DNA from: Ascidiella aspersa
Lineage: Eukaryota
Reading direction: 5' to 3'
NCBI GenBank assembly: GCA_963924565.1
Contig: CAWUQB010000058.1
Coordinates: 1 to 60,413 of the forward strand
Length of the DNA stretch: 60,413 nucleotides
Part shown: one piece after another, positions 42,401 through 45,400 of the stretch
Position numbering within the stretch: the stretch's first letter is position 1
Layout of the letters: the number at the start of each line of letters is the position of its first letter
The notes under the pieces: generated by a model
Told to the model about the DNA's origin: nothing
The model's input: only the letters and a program-made list of their open reading frames with translations
Databases searched by the model: none
Made by a program: the position numbers and the translations under genes

Positions 42401-45400
42401 GATGCCGGCGGACGTTTTGCGATTGATGCAAGTTCCGGTGTTATTACTGTCGCAGCCCCTGATTTAATTGATTACGCTGAAGCAACAGAGCATGAGTTGG
42501 TTGTTGAAGTGACTGACACTGCCGGACATACCTTAACTCAGTCGTTTACCGTAGAGGTGGCACAAACAAATCGTGAGCCTGTGAGCCTGAGTATGACGCG
42601 TGCTGAAACCGATGAAGTGGTGGTTAATGCGTTTACATCGGGTGCCCAGAGTGATCCTGACATCACAACGTTGGCTGACGGGGGATCGCTGGTGGTATGG
42701 GAGCAGCAACAAAGCAGCGCTTCCAGTGGCGGCGACGGCAGCTCTTGGTCCATCAAGGCACGACGGTTGGATGCGGATGGTCAGCCCGTGGGGAATGAGT
42801 TCCAGGTCAATACGTCAACGTCAAGTACTCAGGGGCAGCCTGCTGTCACAACGCTTGCAGATGGCGATGTATTAGTCACCTGGCAAAGTACTCACACTAA
42901 CAGCTACCGGGTGTACGGTCGCCGATTTGATGCTGATGGGAATCCTGAGACCGGAGAGTTGACATTATTTGAATCATCGGGGGCGCATCAATTTATCCCC
43001 GATATTACTGCGCTGGCTAATGGGGGTTACCTGGCAACCTGGCATGACAACAGTCAGGATGGCAGCGGTAAAGGTATCTATGCACAGCGCTTTGATGCAG
43101 AGAACGAGGGGCTTGGTCAGTTCAAAGTGAATGATTACACGGCAGACTCGCAATATAGACCGAAAACAGCCGGGTTGTCTGATGGGGGTTATGTGGTTGT
43201 CTGGAACGGCCGTGGCGAAGGGCAAACCGATAATGAGGGGGTGTTCCTGCGGCAGTATGATGCTGAAGGAAACACAAGGGTGGATATTGCCGTCAATACG
43301 ACACTGTCAGGTGATCAAATTAATGCTCAGGTGACCTCTTTGGCTGAGGGGGGGTATGTCGTTAGCTGGTCATCGAATCACGACGGTCTCTATAAGGCGT
43401 ATGTTCGCACCTTTGATGCGGATGGGACGCCTCGAGGGGATGAACTGATGGTTGATGAGCAGTTTACGGACGCAGGTTATAACCCCTCCGTGACGGGTCT
43501 ACAGGATGGTGGATTTTTAGTGAGCTGGGATGTAGAGAATGTTGATGGTTCCCATTATGAAACGTATGTTCGCCGGTTTGATGTTGATGGTGTCGCAGTG
43601 GGTGAATCCTTTCGATTAAATAATTATCAGGGTGGAGATCAAAGCTCGGCTGAACTGGTAGCAGCAGCGGATGGTCGTATAACCGCAGTATGGCAGTCTG
43701 AGGGTCCTGACGGAGATAGTTATGGCATTGTCTCAAAAACAATCGCACTGGGAGGTGTGTCTGGTGCAGCCGTTGAGGGGGCGGTTGTTGGCCGGATTGA
43801 AGTGGATGACCCGGATTTTGGAGAGAGTTATGCGTTCGTACTGACAGATGATGCCGGCGGTCGATTTGCCATTGATAGCGATACGGGTGTGATAGCTATT
43901 GCTGACCCTTCCTTGCTGAATTACCAGAACCATGCCAGTCATGATGTCTCTGTACAGGTCACGGATAGTGCGGGTCAGTCTATCACCGACACGGTGACGA
44001 TTGCGGTCAGTAAGAGCCAGCACGCGCCTGTAAACCTGAGTTTGGAAATGGTGGAGAGCGATGAGTTTGCTTTGCATGCGTTTACTGAGGGTAGCCAGTA
44101 CCGCCCATCCATGACAGGACTCGATAACGGGGGCTTTATCAGTGTCTGGGATAATAGTCATAGCTCCAGTTCTACCGGGGGGGATGGTAGTGGCGAAGCT
44201 ATTAAGGCGCGTCTTTATAATGAGGACGGTCAGGCGATGGGTGACGAGTTTTTAGTCAATCAAAATACAAGCAGTGTTCAGTTCTATCCGTCGGTGACGA
44301 CACTGGCAGACGGTGATGTATTGGTCACTTGGTCAAGTAATCATGAGGGTAGCTTTCGGGTCTATGGTCGACGTTATGATGAAAATGGTCATGCTCAAAC
44401 CGGCGATTTTGCTCTGTTTGAAAGTGGAGATTCTAATCAGCATCACTCTGAGGTCAGTGCGCTGGCCGATGGTGGCTATATCGTCAGCTGGCAAGATAAA
44501 GATGGTAGTGAAATGGGCATTTATGCACAGCGCTTTGATGCTGATAATAATGGCTTAGGGCAGGCTCAGGTCAACCGCTATACAAACAACGATCAAGCAA
44601 GGCCTGAGACGGCGGGGCTGGCAGATGGTGGTTACGCTATTGTCTGGTCAGGAAGGGGCAGTGACCAACCAAGTGATGATGGCATTTATATACGCCAGTA
44701 TAATGCAAAGGGCGAAACGGTAAAAGAAGACATCGTTAACACAACACTGGGCGGTTCTCAGAGTAAGGCAGAGATCACGGCATTAAATAGTGGTGGCTAT
44801 TTAGTGAGTTGGTCATCCAATCATGAAGGTACGTATAATGTGTATGCTCGTATGTACGATGCTCAGGGCGAGCCTATTGGCGATGAGTGGACGCTCAGTC
44901 CTAATGCTTCACTGAGTGAATACAATACTGACATTACTGCTTTGGACGACGGTGGTTTTATGGCTACCTGGTCTAGCAATGGAGAGGGCGCTGGTGATGA
45001 GGTTTATGCACAGCGCTATGATGCAGCAGGGGGAATGGCGGGTGATGTATTCAGATTAAATGATTATATTGGGAGCGATCAGGAGAGTGCCCAGCTAACG
45101 CAACTGGCGGATGGAAGGATTGTAGCGGCATGGCAGTCCAACGGTCAGGATGGTGATAGTGGCGGCGTTTATGGCAAAGTGCTCACCTTGGGCGACACAG
45201 TGAAAGACGATGCTGAGGTAGGAACCGTTGTTGGCCGTGTGAATGTGAATGACCCAGATTTTACCGACACTTATACCTTTGTACTCATCGATGACGCCGG
45301 TGGTCGCTTTACAGTAGATAGCACGACCGGTGTGATCTCGATAGCTGACTCGGATCAAATCAATTATACAGAAAATAGTCGCCATGATCTTTCTGTCAGG

